Shown here piece by piece: positions 1 through 9,198 of a stretch of 64,000 nucleotides of DNA. Both the position numbers and the translations under genes were made by a program. The notes beneath the pieces were generated by a model. It was not told the origin of the DNA. It did no database searches and saw only the letters and a list, made by a program, of their open reading frames with translations. The DNA is from an uncultured delta proteobacterium (GTDB lineage Bacteria > Myxococcota_A > Polyangia > Fen-1088). Each line of letters starts with the position of its first letter. Within the stretch, counting starts at the first letter, position 1. Location of the stretch: contig CAVYGB010000008.1 of the NCBI GenBank assembly GCA_963767925.1, positions 512,001 through 576,000 on the forward strand, written 5' to 3'.

Positions 1-2
1 AG

Positions 3-422
3 GGGATCACCCAGTTCGCCTCGGCCTCGTCCACCAGCTTCCTCAGCCAGGACGGGCACGAGGCGGGGACCTTGAGCCGGATCGCGACCGACGAGCTGGG
101 CCAGATCACCGGCATCTTCTCCAACGGGGAGACCCGGGTCGTGGGGCAGCTCGCCCTGGCCAGCTTCGAGGCGCCCGATCGCCTCGAGCGGGTGGGCGGC
201 AACCTGCTGACCGAGACGCGGGAGTCGGGGCAGCCGACCATCGGCGTTCCGGGCGGCGGGGAGCGGGGCGTGATCGCCGCCGGGACGCTCGAGCAGTCGA
301 ACGTCGACATGGCGGGGGAGTTCGTCCGCATGATCGCCGCCCAGCGCGGCTTCCAGGCCAACTCCAAGACCATCACCACCGCGGATCAGCTCCTGGCCGA
401 GCTGATGACCATCAAGCGATGA
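3..422 (+). CDS. flgE: Flagellar hook protein, 3' part (truncated by window edge)
   Basis: TQF...QDG.EAGTL segment, FSNG motif, C-terminal LEQSNVDMAGEFVRMIAAQRGFQANSKTITTAD; upstream of flbD-motAB. Confidence 0.92.
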   Translation, partial: GITQFASASSTSFLSQDGHEAGTLSRIATDELGQITGIFSNGETRVVGQLALASFEAPDRLERVGGNLLTETRESGQPTIGVPGGGERGVIAAGTLEQSNVDMAGEFVRMIAAQRGFQANSKTITTADQLLAELMTIKR

Positions 423-468
423 TCACCTGGCCGCCGGGGCCCGGGGCACGGCGAGAAGCGAGGATCTC

Positions 469-720
469 ATGATCGCCGTGACCCGCCTCGACGGGACCGA
501 GCTGGTGGTGAACGCCGACCTGATCGTCACCATCGAACGGACGCCGGACACCGTCGTCTCCCTGACCACGGGCGACCGGATCATGGTGAAGGAGAACCTC
601 GAGGAGATCGTGCAACGGGCGATCGCCTATCGGCACCGGGTCCTGCAGGGGCCCGGCGCGCGCGCCGAAGCAGGGGCGCCCGCGCCGGGCCAGCACGACC
701 AGCAGAGAGAAGGGGTGTAG
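469..720 (+). CDS. flbD: FlbD/SwrD family flagellar protein
   Basis: MIAVTRLDG..LVVNADLI..IE.TPDT family signature; located between flgE and motA. Confidence 0.9.
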   Translation: MIAVTRLDGTELVVNADLIVTIERTPDTVVSLTTGDRIMVKENLEEIVQRAIAYRHRVLQGPGARAEAGAPAPGQHDQQREGV

Positions 721-721
721 C

Positions 722-1492
722 TTGGACATCACGACAGTCGGGGGCCTCGTCTTCGCGTTGGCCTGCATCCTGGTCGGGCAGGCCCTCGAGGGTGGTCACG
801 CCAGCTCGCTGGCCCAGGCCACGGCGGCGATCATCGTCATCGGCGGCACCATCGGGGCGGTGGCGGTCGCCTTCCCGACCAAGGACTTCGTCCGTGGGCT
901 GAAGATGTTCGGCATGGCCCTGAAGCAGAAGAAGAACGATCTGCCCCAGCTGGTCCAGCAGATCGTGGATCTGGCGGGCCTGGCCCGCCGGGACGGCGTC
1001 CTGGCCCTCGAGCAACGGCTGGGGAACATCCAGGATCCCTTCCTGAAACGGGCGGTCGGCTTCCTCGTCGACGGCGTCGACTCGGCGGTGGCGCGCGACG
1101 CCCTCGAGACGGAGATCCAGGCCGAATACGAGGAGGGGGTGGTGGGGGCCAAGGTGTGGGAGGCGGCGGGCGGCTTCGCCCCAACCGTCGGCATCCTGGG
1201 GGCCGTGCTCGGCCTCATCCACGTCATGGAGAACCTCTCTGACCCCTCCAAGCTGGGCGGCGGCATCGCGGTGGCCTTCGTGGCCACCGTGTACGGGGTC
1301 GGCGCGGCCAACCTGCTGTTTCTGCCGGTGGCCAACAAGCTCAAGCGCAAGCTGGGGCTGGAGAAGGAGCGCAAGGTGCTGATGGCCGAGGGGGTGCTGT
1401 CGATCCAGGCCGGCCTCAACCCCCGGGTGCTCGAGGAGAAGCTACGGGCCTACGCCGGCGGCCACCTGCCGCATGCGCCGGCCAAGAAGTGA
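722..1492 (+). CDS. motA: Flagellar stator protein MotA
   Basis: Hydrophobic TM segments, ARRDGVLALE, APTVGILGAVLGLI, AFVATVYGV; TTG start. Confidence 0.95.
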   Translation: MDITTVGGLVFALACILVGQALEGGHASSLAQATAAIIVIGGTIGAVAVAFPTKDFVRGLKMFGMALKQKKNDLPQLVQQIVDLAGLARRDGVLALEQRLGNIQDPFLKRAVGFLVDGVDSAVARDALETEIQAEYEEGVVGAKVWEAAGGFAPTVGILGAVLGLIHVMENLSDPSKLGGGIAVAFVATVYGVGAANLLFLPVANKLKRKLGLEKERKVLMAEGVLSIQAGLNPRVLEEKLRAYAGGHLPHAPAKK

Positions 1493-1525
1493 CAAAGCAG
1501 CAGCGACCGAAAGAAGTGACCGAAC

Positions 1526-2305
1526 ATGGCCAAGAAGCAACACCACGAGGAGCACGAGAACCACGAGCGCTGGCTGGTCTCCTACGCTGACTTCATCACC
1601 CTCCTGTTCGCGTTTTTCGTGGTCATGTATTCGGTCAGCCGGGTCGACAACAAGCGGATGGCCCAGGTGGTCAACTCCATCAAGTTCGCCCTGCACTTCG
1701 AGGGGACCGGCGGGGTCGACGCCTTGCCGCTGTTCGAGGGGCCGCCCTCCGAGGGGGGGTGCATCGCCCAGACGGGCACCGGCGCCAAGATCGAGCCGGT
1801 GCCCAAGAACAAGCAGATCGCCGAGCACATCCGGCAGCGGGTGCAAAAGCGCCTCGACACCATGTTGATGAACCGCCCCGACCTCGCCAAGTCGGTGATC
1901 GTCCAGACCGAAGGCAAGCGGCTGGTGGTCCGCCTGTCGGCGGCGCGGTTCTTCGACCCGGCCCACGCCGCCATCCGGCCGGAGATGATCCCGGTGCTCG
2001 ACGTGATCGCTTCGGAGATGGTCGCCATCGGCCGGCCCCTGCGGGTCGAGGGGCACACCGACAGCTCGCCCGCCCTCGGCAAGCGCTTCCGGGACAACTG
2101 GGAGCTGTCGACCTCCCGGGCGGCGGCCGTGGTCAGCTACATCGAGCGGGCCCACCAGATGGACGGCAAGCTGCTGAGCGCGGTGGGCAAGGGGGCCTCG
2201 CACCCCATCCAGGACAACTGGACGGCCGAGGGCCGGGAGGCCAACCGGCGCATCGACCTGGTTGTCGAGGTCGGCGAGGACGGCCTGGGCGTGCTGGCCC
2301 GCTGA
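1526..2305 (+). CDS. motB: Flagellar stator protein MotB (OmpA-like peptidoglycan-binding domain)
   Basis: WLVSYADFITLL TM motif; VEGHTD, NWELSTSRA, NRRIDL. Confidence 0.95.
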   Translation: MAKKQHHEEHENHERWLVSYADFITLLFAFFVVMYSVSRVDNKRMAQVVNSIKFALHFEGTGGVDALPLFEGPPSEGGCIAQTGTGAKIEPVPKNKQIAEHIRQRVQKRLDTMLMNRPDLAKSVIVQTEGKRLVVRLSAARFFDPAHAAIRPEMIPVLDVIASEMVAIGRPLRVEGHTDSSPALGKRFRDNWELSTSRAAAVVSYIERAHQMDGKLLSAVGKGASHPIQDNWTAEGREANRRIDLVVEVGEDGLGVLAR

Positions 2306-2375
2306 GGGCGAGGGCGGGGCTTCGCCTCCGGGACGAGGGCGAGGACGGGGACGGGCGGCCTCGTGCGGTCGTCCG

Positions 2376-3581
2376 TCAGGTGGAGGGGCGGTCGGCTTCT
2401 TCGGCGGCGATCTGGCGCCAGGCGGGGAGCTCGGCGGTCAGCTCCAGGCGAGCCAGCAGGGCGGTGTCGAGGCGGGGGGCCAGGCTGAGGTGGCCCGCCG
2501 GCGCGGGCGCCACCTCGCCGGCGAGGGCGCTCGCCACGTGCAGGGCGCAGACCGGCTCGAGGCCGGTGGGGTTCGAGCGCTGGGGCGCGTGCTGGTGGGC
2601 CACGGCGTCCACGATGGTGTCGGGCAGGCCCCAGATGCCCAGCAGGTAGGCGCCAATCTCGGCGTGGGTGACACCGAGCACCTCGGCCTCCACCTCCCAG
2701 ATCGGGCGCCCGGAGGATAGGGCCAGCTCGAGGACGCGGCCGAACGGCTCGGGCAGGTGGCTCATCAGCACCAGGATGCCGGTGTCCTTGAGCCGGGCGG
2801 CCGAGCCGGCGTCCTGGGCCGACTGGCGATCGCGGAGCAGGCGCCGGGCGATCTGGGCGGTGAGCTGGGTGTGGCGGTCAGCCGCCGCCAGGTCGAAGCC
2901 GCCCCAGAGGTCGTCGCGGATCTGGGCCGTCTGCACCTCGGACGACTGGGCCAGGGTTCGCACCAGCTCGAGGCCGAGCGCGGAGACCGCCGTCCGGACG
3001 TCGACGACCCGCTGGCGCAGGCCGAAGAAGGCCGAGTTGACGATTTGCAAAAATTTGGCGGAGAGGCCGGGGTCCCGCTCCAGGGCCGCGGCCGCCTCGG
3101 GCATCGTCACCTGGGGGTTGGAGAGCACCTCGACGATCGGGCCGTAGAGCGCCTGGCGCACGGGGAGCTGTCCGATCTGGCCGACCGCGCTGCGCAGGGA
3201 GGGCGTCTCGACCAGGGTCTGCTGCCGGCAGGCGCGCTCGATGACCCCCTGGAGCTCCCGCCCGTCGAAGGGCTTCGAGATGAACTGGTGGGCGATGTAC
3301 ACCATCCGCCGGGTCACCTCCTGCTCGGTCTGGCCCGAGAGGACGATGCGGATGACATGGGGGTACTCCTGTTGCACGGTCCGCAACAGGGCCGCCCCGT
3401 CGATCCCCGGCATGCGCATGTCGGTGACCACCAGATCGTAGCGGCCGGCCGCCAGCTCGCGCAGGGCCTGCTCTCCGCCCTCGGCGAACGTCATCTCCCA
3501 TTGCTTGCGTTGCTTGCGGAGGAGGCCGCGCAGCCCTTCGAGGACGTTGGGCTCGTCGTCGACGAACAGGATTCGCTTCAT
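2376..3581 (-). CDS. Response regulator, REC + HDOD domain
   Basis: Intact receiver (FVDDE, TDMRMP, SG, SKP); HDOD motifs DPGLSAKFLQIVNSAFFG and HAEIGAYLLGIWGLP; HD motif reads LKDTG. Confidence 0.88.
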   Translation of the reverse strand: MKRILFVDDEPNVLEGLRGLLRKQRKQWEMTFAEGGEQALRELAAGRYDLVVTDMRMPGIDGAALLRTVQQEYPHVIRIVLSGQTEQEVTRRMVYIAHQFISKPFDGRELQGVIERACRQQTLVETPSLRSAVGQIGQLPVRQALYGPIVEVLSNPQVTMPEAAAALERDPGLSAKFLQIVNSAFFGLRQRVVDVRTAVSALGLELVRTLAQSSEVQTAQIRDDLWGGFDLAAADRHTQLTAQIARRLLRDRQSAQDAGSAARLKDTGILVLMSHLPEPFGRVLELALSSGRPIWEVEAEVLGVTHAEIGAYLLGIWGLPDTIVDAVAHQHAPQRSNPTGLEPVCALHVASALAGEVAPAPAGHLSLAPRLDTALLARLELTAELPAWRQIAAEEADRPST

Positions 3582-3600
3582 GTCGGTTCCCTGTGCAGAT

Positions 3601-3628
3601 CGGTCGTCGGAAGCGGGGTGAGGCTTGA
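3601..3628 (-). promoter_or_regulatory. Putative sigma28 (FliA) promoter for the REC-HDOD gene
   Basis: TCAAG-N15-GACGACCG; same spacing as the fliC/flgM motifs but weaker -10. Confidence 0.4.
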
Positions 3629-3671
3629 GCCCCCCACGCCGCCGGGCGCCGGCGCCAGCCCCCCGGACGAC

Positions 3672-3699
3672 TCAATGTCCCGGGCGGGGCAGCCGAAGG
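3672..3699 (+). promoter_or_regulatory. Putative sigma28 promoter for the sensor kinase
   Basis: TCAAT-N15-GCCGAAGG. Confidence 0.6.
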
Positions 3700-3732
3700 A
3701 TCAGCCATCGTGGGTAGCGGCGGGCGGGGACT

Positions 3733-5340
3733 GTGAAGAAGGGCGTCCACACGCTGTTGATGGCCGCGCGCCAGATCGCGCTGCTGGCCGCGGAGCGTGG
3801 CGACCTGAGACGCCGGGTCAACGAGACGCTGCCCTTGCCGATGTACGTGGTGCGGCCGGCGAGCAACGTCGATCAGCTCGTCGAGCTCGTGACGCGCACC
3901 AAGACCGAGGTGGCGCTGGTGGAGGTGAGCGAGGCGGGCCCCCTGAGCTTCCTCGAGCGGCTCCGCACCGCCGATCCCGACATGGAGATCCTCCTGGTGG
4001 CCGACGGGGGGAAGGTCGATCTGGCGGCGGCGGCCAGCTTCCGGGCCTCCTTCGACATCCTCGAGCAGCCCTTCCAGAACGCGCTGCTGGCCCGGCGGGT
4101 GGAGCTGGCCCGCGATCGGCGCTACCTGCGGCGGGCCGAGCAGCGGCGCGAGCGCCTCGAGGCGCGCATGAGCGCCATCATGCAGACGGTGCCCACCGGG
4201 ATCCTCTCTTTCGACGACGAGAGCCTGATCCACGACTGGAACCCGGCGGCGGCCCGCATCTTCGGCTACTCGGAGGTGGAGGTGCTGGGGCGGAACGTCT
4301 GGGACATCACCGGCCTCGACGCCACCGCCCTGCGGGGCGGCGACGGCCGGCTGACCCTCGACAAGAAGCTCGAGCGGTCGGCCCGCCGGCGCGACGGCAG
4401 CTCCTTCCCCATCGAGATCTCCCTGGTCTCGCTCCCCCTGTCGGAGCGGAACATGACCTGCGCCATCGTCGAAGATCAGACCGCCGCCAAGGCCCTCGAG
4501 CTGGAGCTGCGCCAGGCCCAGAAGCTCCAGGCGGTGGGGCAGCTCTCGGCCGGCCTGGCCCACGAGATCAACACCCCCTGCCAGTACATCGGGGACAACG
4601 CCGCCTTCCTCGAGACGACCCTGGGCGATCTGGTCCCCTTGCTCTCCAGCTACCGGGAGCTGATCCAGGTGGCCGAGGGCGGGCCCCTGCCGCCCGATCG
4701 GGTGGCCGGGCTGCGCGAGCGGGAGCGCGACGCCGACGTGGAGTACGGCCTCGAGCGCCTGCCCCGGGCCATCGAGGGCATCACCCAGGGGGTGAAACAC
4801 ATCGCCTCGATCGTGGCGGCGATGAAGTCCTTCTCGCGGACCGACTGGCGCGAGGGGAACAACATCGACCTCAACGAGCTGCTGAGCAACGTGCTCACCG
4901 TGATCCGCCACGATCTGCAGGCGGTGGCCGATCTGGAGACCGACCTGCAGCCGCTGCCGGCCATCGTGGGCCACGGGGGCGACCTGCACCAGGCGCTCTA
5001 TCACATCGTCCGCAACGGCGTCGACGCCATCGCCGTCCGGGCCGGCGACGAGCCGGGGCGGGGCAAGATCGTCGTGCGCTCGCGCCGGGAGGAGACGGGG
5101 GTGACCCTGACCTTCAGCGACACCGGCTGTGGCATCCCCGAGCGCATCCGCCCCCGGGTGTTCGAGCCGTTCTTCACCACGAAGGTGGTGGGCAAGGGGA
5201 CCGGGCAGGGCCTGGCGGTGGCCTGGTCGATCATCGTGGAGAAACACCGCGGGCGGCTCACCTTCGACAGCACCGAGGGCGAGGGCACCACCTTCTACGT
5301 GCACCTGCCCTGGGCCCCGGCCCGGGTCAAGGTGGGCTGA
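3733..5340 (+). CDS. Sensor histidine kinase (degenerate N-terminal receiver, PAS, HisKA, HATPase)
   Basis: WNPAAARIFGYS PAS; H-box AHEINTP; N box RNGVDA; DTGCGI, FEPFFTTK, GTGQGL; start could be ATG 3759. Confidence 0.9.
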   Translation: MKKGVHTLLMAARQIALLAAERGDLRRRVNETLPLPMYVVRPASNVDQLVELVTRTKTEVALVEVSEAGPLSFLERLRTADPDMEILLVADGGKVDLAAAASFRASFDILEQPFQNALLARRVELARDRRYLRRAEQRRERLEARMSAIMQTVPTGILSFDDESLIHDWNPAAARIFGYSEVEVLGRNVWDITGLDATALRGGDGRLTLDKKLERSARRRDGSSFPIEISLVSLPLSERNMTCAIVEDQTAAKALELELRQAQKLQAVGQLSAGLAHEINTPCQYIGDNAAFLETTLGDLVPLLSSYRELIQVAEGGPLPPDRVAGLRERERDADVEYGLERLPRAIEGITQGVKHIASIVAAMKSFSRTDWREGNNIDLNELLSNVLTVIRHDLQAVADLETDLQPLPAIVGHGGDLHQALYHIVRNGVDAIAVRAGDEPGRGKIVVRSRREETGVTLTFSDTGCGIPERIRPRVFEPFFTTKVVGKGTGQGLAVAWSIIVEKHRGRLTFDSTEGEGTTFYVHLPWAPARVKVG

Positions 5341-5347
5341 GCGGCGG

Positions 5348-6880
5348 TCAGCCGGGCCCGGCCGGCGCGGCGGCCGGGCGATCGAAGACGGTCACGCTGT
5401 TGCCGCCGGTGGCCCTGGCCGCGTCGAGGGCCCCGTTGCCGAGGGCCAGCAGGGTCTGCCAGTCTCCCGCGGCCCCGCCCTGGGAGGCGGTGCAACCGAG
5501 CGAGATGGTGACCCGCGGGGACCAGCCGGCGCCGATGTCGTAGTCCTCGGTGCAGATCAGCTTGCGCGAGCGCTCGGCCACCACGACCACCCCCGCCCGG
5601 CCGGTCTCGGGCAGGACGAACAGGAACTTGCCCTCGACGACCCGGGCGACGATGTCGCTCCGCCGCAGCCGGCTTCCGAGCCGGCGTGCCACCTCCTGCA
5701 ACAAGGTGGTCACCTGCTCGGGGCGGAGGCGGGTCGACAGCTCGCCCCAGGCGTCGACCTCCGCGAGGATCAGGCCGACCGGGGCGTCCAGCCGGGCGGC
5801 CTCGGCCAGGCTCTCTTGCAGGTAGCGCTCGGCGAAGGCCCGGGTCGGCAGGCGGGTCTCGGGATCGTACTCCGGCTGAGGATCCGGGAGCCGGCGGCGG
5901 CCCCCGCCGGTGGCTTCCCCGGCCGGCGCTTCGGCCGCGGCGCCGCCCTCGGCCACGTTGGCGATGGCCAGCGCCTCCTCGGCTTGCTCGGCCACCCGGG
6001 CGATGGATGCGGCGTCGCCGAGGTCGATCTGGAACAGGCTGGCCGCCTGGGGGATGGCGGCGACCAGGCGCCGAACGACGTTTTCCAGGGCGAAGCCGGG
6101 CTGGCCGATGATCTTCCGCGCCTCGATGTGGGCGCGCTGGGCGGCGCCGCTGGCGTCGGGCCGGATCCAGATGTCGGCCACGCTGCCCGAGAGCGCGGTC
6201 GTGCGCAGCAAGGTGGTGAGGTCCTCGCCCAGCTCCGCCTCCAGCTCGTCGGGCGGGGGGTGGTGGCTGTGGCTGATGGCGATCCGGAAGCAATCGGGCA
6301 GCCGCCAGCGGCCGACCAGCCAGGCTCCCACCTCGGTGTGGTCGCAGCCGAAGATGTTGCGCTCGCCCGCCCCGACGCGGTCGTGGTCCTGGGCGGCGGT
6401 CTGCAGGAGGTCCTGGTAGACGGGATCGCCGAGCTGGCGCAGGGCCAGCATGCCGATGTCCTGCAGCAGGGCGGCCAGGAAGGCCTCCTCGCGCAGGCCG
6501 AAGCCGATCTCGGCGGCGATCTCGCGCGCGCTCAGGGCGGCCAGCACCGAACGTTTCCAGTAGCTGGACACGGCGGCGATCTGGCCGTCGCGGGCGTCGC
6601 GCAGGAGCGAAGACGAGAGGATGAGGGTGCGGACGGCGTTGACCCCCAGCAGGGTCACGGCGTTGGTCAGGGTCCGGACCTCGTCGCGCCAGGAGAAGGC
6701 GGGTGAGTTGGCCGCCTTCATCACACGCGCCGCCAGGGCGGGGTCGTTGCCCACGAGCTTGGCGATCTCCTCGAGGTCCAGGTTCTCCCGCTGGCACAGC
6801 TCGAGCGCGCGGATGGCCACCGTGGGGAGCGTGGGCAGGACGGCGAGGCCCCCCAGGCGGGACTTCAGGGCTTCGTTCAC
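5348..6880 (-). CDS. HDOD + degenerate GGDEF domain protein
   Basis: LPTLP, DPALAARVMKAANS, LLQDIG, HTEVGAWLVGRWRLP; GGDEF fold from YDPETRL with site RRSDIVARVVEGKF; GTG start overlaps upstream stop (GTGA). Confidence 0.85.
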   Translation of the reverse strand: MNEALKSRLGGLAVLPTLPTVAIRALELCQRENLDLEEIAKLVGNDPALAARVMKAANSPAFSWRDEVRTLTNAVTLLGVNAVRTLILSSSLLRDARDGQIAAVSSYWKRSVLAALSAREIAAEIGFGLREEAFLAALLQDIGMLALRQLGDPVYQDLLQTAAQDHDRVGAGERNIFGCDHTEVGAWLVGRWRLPDCFRIAISHSHHPPPDELEAELGEDLTTLLRTTALSGSVADIWIRPDASGAAQRAHIEARKIIGQPGFALENVVRRLVAAIPQAASLFQIDLGDAASIARVAEQAEEALAIANVAEGGAAAEAPAGEATGGGRRRLPDPQPEYDPETRLPTRAFAERYLQESLAEAARLDAPVGLILAEVDAWGELSTRLRPEQVTTLLQEVARRLGSRLRRSDIVARVVEGKFLFVLPETGRAGVVVVAERSRKLICTEDYDIGAGWSPRVTISLGCTASQGGAAGDWQTLLALGNGALDAARATGGNSVTVFDRPAAAPAGPG

Positions 6881-7614
6881 GTGATGTTGGGCTCGTGCCG
6901 GGGGGAGCGGCGGCCGGCCGCGAGGAAGGCGGCGATGCGGTCGGGCAGGCTGCGGCTGTCGAGCGGCCCGGCCAGGTACCCCTCGCAGCCGGCGGCCTTG
7001 ATTCGCTCGGCGTCCTCGGCGCTGGCCGGGCTGGCCAGCGCCACGACCGGGAGGTCGCCGGTGTCCGGGCGGGCCTTGAGCTGGCGGGTCAGCTCGAGCG
7101 CGTCGGCGCCCCCGAGGTGCAGGTCGATCAGCACGAGGTCCGGGCGCAGGCGGGCCAGCAGGGCCCACATCTGGTCGCCGGTGGTCGCCTTGTAGACGTC
7201 GTAGCCGCTGTGGGTGAGCAGGCGCAGCAGCGCGGGCAGGTCGGCGCCGTTGTCGTCGACCACGAGGATGCGCGAGCGCCGCCGGTGGGGCCGCTCTGGC
7301 CGCCGGGGGTCACCCGGGCGCTCCGCCTGCTCGAGCAGGTCCCGGAGCTGGAGGGCGCTGGCCAGCAGGTCATCCAGGCAGGCGTCGAAGGCCGGCGAGC
7401 CGGGGGCCACCAGCCGGTCGCGCAGCGTCTCGGCCAGCACCACCACCGCGTCGAGGGGGGTGTGCAGGGCCTGCGACCCGCCAGGTAGCGGCTCGCCTCC
7501 GGCCGGACGATCGTGCCAGACCTCCGGACCAACCTTCCCTGGCCGGGCGGGCGGGGCGGCCCGTCCGCGCGCGCCGGGAGGGCGCGGCTCTCGTTCGTCT
7601 CGCTGGGCGCTCAT
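6877..7614 (-). CDS. Atypical response regulator (HisKA-like helices lacking His + DivK-like receiver)
   Basis: ILVVDDN, PDLVLIDLHL, AAGCEGYL; N-terminal SQALHTPLDAV; start uncertain (ATG 7614). Confidence 0.7.
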   Translation of the reverse strand: MSAQRDEREPRPPGARGRAAPPARPGKVGPEVWHDRPAGGEPLPGGSQALHTPLDAVVVLAETLRDRLVAPGSPAFDACLDDLLASALQLRDLLEQAERPGDPRRPERPHRRRSRILVVDDNGADLPALLRLLTHSGYDVYKATTGDQMWALLARLRPDLVLIDLHLGGADALELTRQLKARPDTGDLPVVALASPASAEDAERIKAAGCEGYLAGPLDSRSLPDRIAAFLAAGRRSPRHEPNIT

Positions 7615-7646
7615 CGCTGACCGACTACCTGGGCGCGGCTTCGATC

Positions 7647-7674
7647 GCTTCGGCAGCCCGTCTCCGGACGTTGA
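7647..7674 (-). promoter_or_regulatory. Putative sigma28 promoter
   Basis: TCAAC-N15-GCCGAAGC upstream of ATG 7614. Confidence 0.6.
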
Positions 7675-7718
7675 GTCGAGGCCGAAGAAATCAGGTGTAG
7701 CGACGAGGGCTTCAGGGC

Positions 7719-7745
7719 TCAAGTTACCTCCAGGGGGGTCGATGC
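7719..7745 (+). promoter_or_regulatory. Putative sigma28 promoter
   Basis: TCAAG-N14-GTCGATGC followed by RBS GGAGGAGG and GTG 7766. Confidence 0.6.
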
Positions 7746-7765
7746 CAGCCCTGGGAGGAGGACGG

Positions 7766-9130
7766 GTGCAACAGACATCGGACGCGTCGCCGCCGGGGCT
7801 TTCGCCGGGAGCAGCGCGGAGTACGCGGTTCGTGAGCGTGGGCGGCGGCAAAGGGGGGGTGGGCAAGAGCCTGGTGGCGGCCAACCTCTCGGTCGCGCTG
7901 GCCCACGCCGGGCACGAGGTGGTGCTCTGCGATCTCGACCTCGGCGCAGCCAACCTGCACCTGCTGATGGGTCAGATGCAGGCCCGGGCGGGCATCCCCG
8001 CCCTGCTCGCTGCCGACGGCGTCCTGGAGGAGGCGCTGACCGATACGGTGGTGCCGGGGTTGCGGCTGGTAGCCGGCACGGGCGGAGCGGCCGGCGCCGC
8101 CAACGTCTCCTTCGCCCAGAAGCTCCGCATCATCCGCAAGCTGCGCAACCTGCGCAGCGACTTCGTCGTGATCGACGTGGGTGCGGGGGTCGGCTACAAC
8201 GCGCTCGACTTCTTCGAGCTCGGGCAGATGCGGCTGATCGTCGCCACCCCCCAGGTGACGTCGATGCACGACGCCTACGCCTTCCTCAAGGGCGCCCTGC
8301 TGCGCACCCTGCGCCACCACGCCAAGGGCGAGGCCGAGCGCGAGCTGCTCGAGCCGGCCCTGGCCACCAAGGATCGGGAGAAGGTCAAGGATGCCCTGCT
8401 GCGCATCGGCGACGTCAACCCGACCTTCGGGGCCAAGGTCCAGCAGATCGTCGGCCACTTCGGGGCCAACCTGGTCGGCAATCAGGTCGAGAGCCGGTCC
8501 CAGCTCGGGGTGTTCCAGGCGGTGGCCCGCATGGCCGAGGACTTCCTGGGCCTCAAGCTGCCCATCCTGGGCTGCATCCCGGCCAGCGCCCGCCTGGCCA
8601 ACTCGGTCAACCAGCGGCACCCCTTCCTGGCCACGGTGGCGCCCGGCCAGCACACCCCCGAGACCGACGCCTTGAGGTCGATCATGGAGGGGCTGCTTGT
8701 CGCCGATCTGGCGCCGGAGGAAGAGCTGCTCGTCGAGCTGATCGAGGAGGGGACCCCCGAGGTGTTCGAGACGCCGTCCGACCCCTCCTCGCCGGTGATC
8801 CCGACGCCCGTGCTGGCCGGCAACGAGAGTCCGGTCCGCGCCAGCCCGGCCAGTGCCAGCCCGGCCAGTGCCAGCCCGGCCAGTGCCAGCCTGGCCAGCG
8901 AAGCCGGGGAGGCGCCCGCCGCGCTCGAGGTCCTGTCGGCGCTGGCACCGGGCGAGATCGAGGTGCCAGATCTGCCGGCCGCGGTGGTCAAGCCCCGGGT
9001 GCTGGCGCCCCGCCTGCGCAAGCGCAAGCCGGAGTCGGAGGAGACCAAGCGCAAGCGGGCCCTCGACCGGCAGGGGCGGCGCCGCAAGATCACCCTGCCG
9101 GGGATGACCCCCTTCCGGTTCAAGGGCTGA
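7766..9130 (+). CDS. MinD/FlhG/ParA-family ATPase, paralog 1, with long low-complexity and basic C-terminal tail
   Basis: Deviant Walker A GGKGGVGKS, DLDLGAANLH, VIDVGAG; strong RBS before GTG 7766. Confidence 0.88.
   Translation: MQQTSDASPPGLSPGAARSTRFVSVGGGKGGVGKSLVAANLSVALAHAGHEVVLCDLDLGAANLHLLMGQMQARAGIPALLAADGVLEEALTDTVVPGLRLVAGTGGAAGAANVSFAQKLRIIRKLRNLRSDFVVIDVGAGVGYNALDFFELGQMRLIVATPQVTSMHDAYAFLKGALLRTLRHHAKGEAERELLEPALATKDREKVKDALLRIGDVNPTFGAKVQQIVGHFGANLVGNQVESRSQLGVFQAVARMAEDFLGLKLPILGCIPASARLANSVNQRHPFLATVAPGQHTPETDALRSIMEGLLVADLAPEEELLVELIEEGTPEVFETPSDPSSPVIPTPVLAGNESPVRASPASASPASASPASASLASEAGEAPAALEVLSALAPGEIEVPDLPAAVVKPRVLAPRLRKRKPESEETKRKRALDRQGRRRKITLPGMTPFRFKG
8840..8899 (+). 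repeat. 15-bp tandem repeat x4 (GCCAGCCCGGCCAGT), in frame, encodes ASPAS
   Basis: Three exact copies plus one variant read directly. Confidence 0.9.
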
Positions 9131-9159
9131 CCCCGGTGCGCAACTACAAATCCGTTGGA

Positions 9160-9187
9160 TCAAGCAGCGGCGCGAAAGCGCCGATGC
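9160..9187 (+). promoter_or_regulatory. Putative sigma28 promoter
   Basis: TCAAG-N15-GCCGATGC. Confidence 0.6.
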
Positions 9188-9198
9188 CGTAGATCGCC

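Noticed and set aside
8840..8899. CRISPR array
   Set aside because: Contiguous coding tandem repeat with no spacers or cas genes
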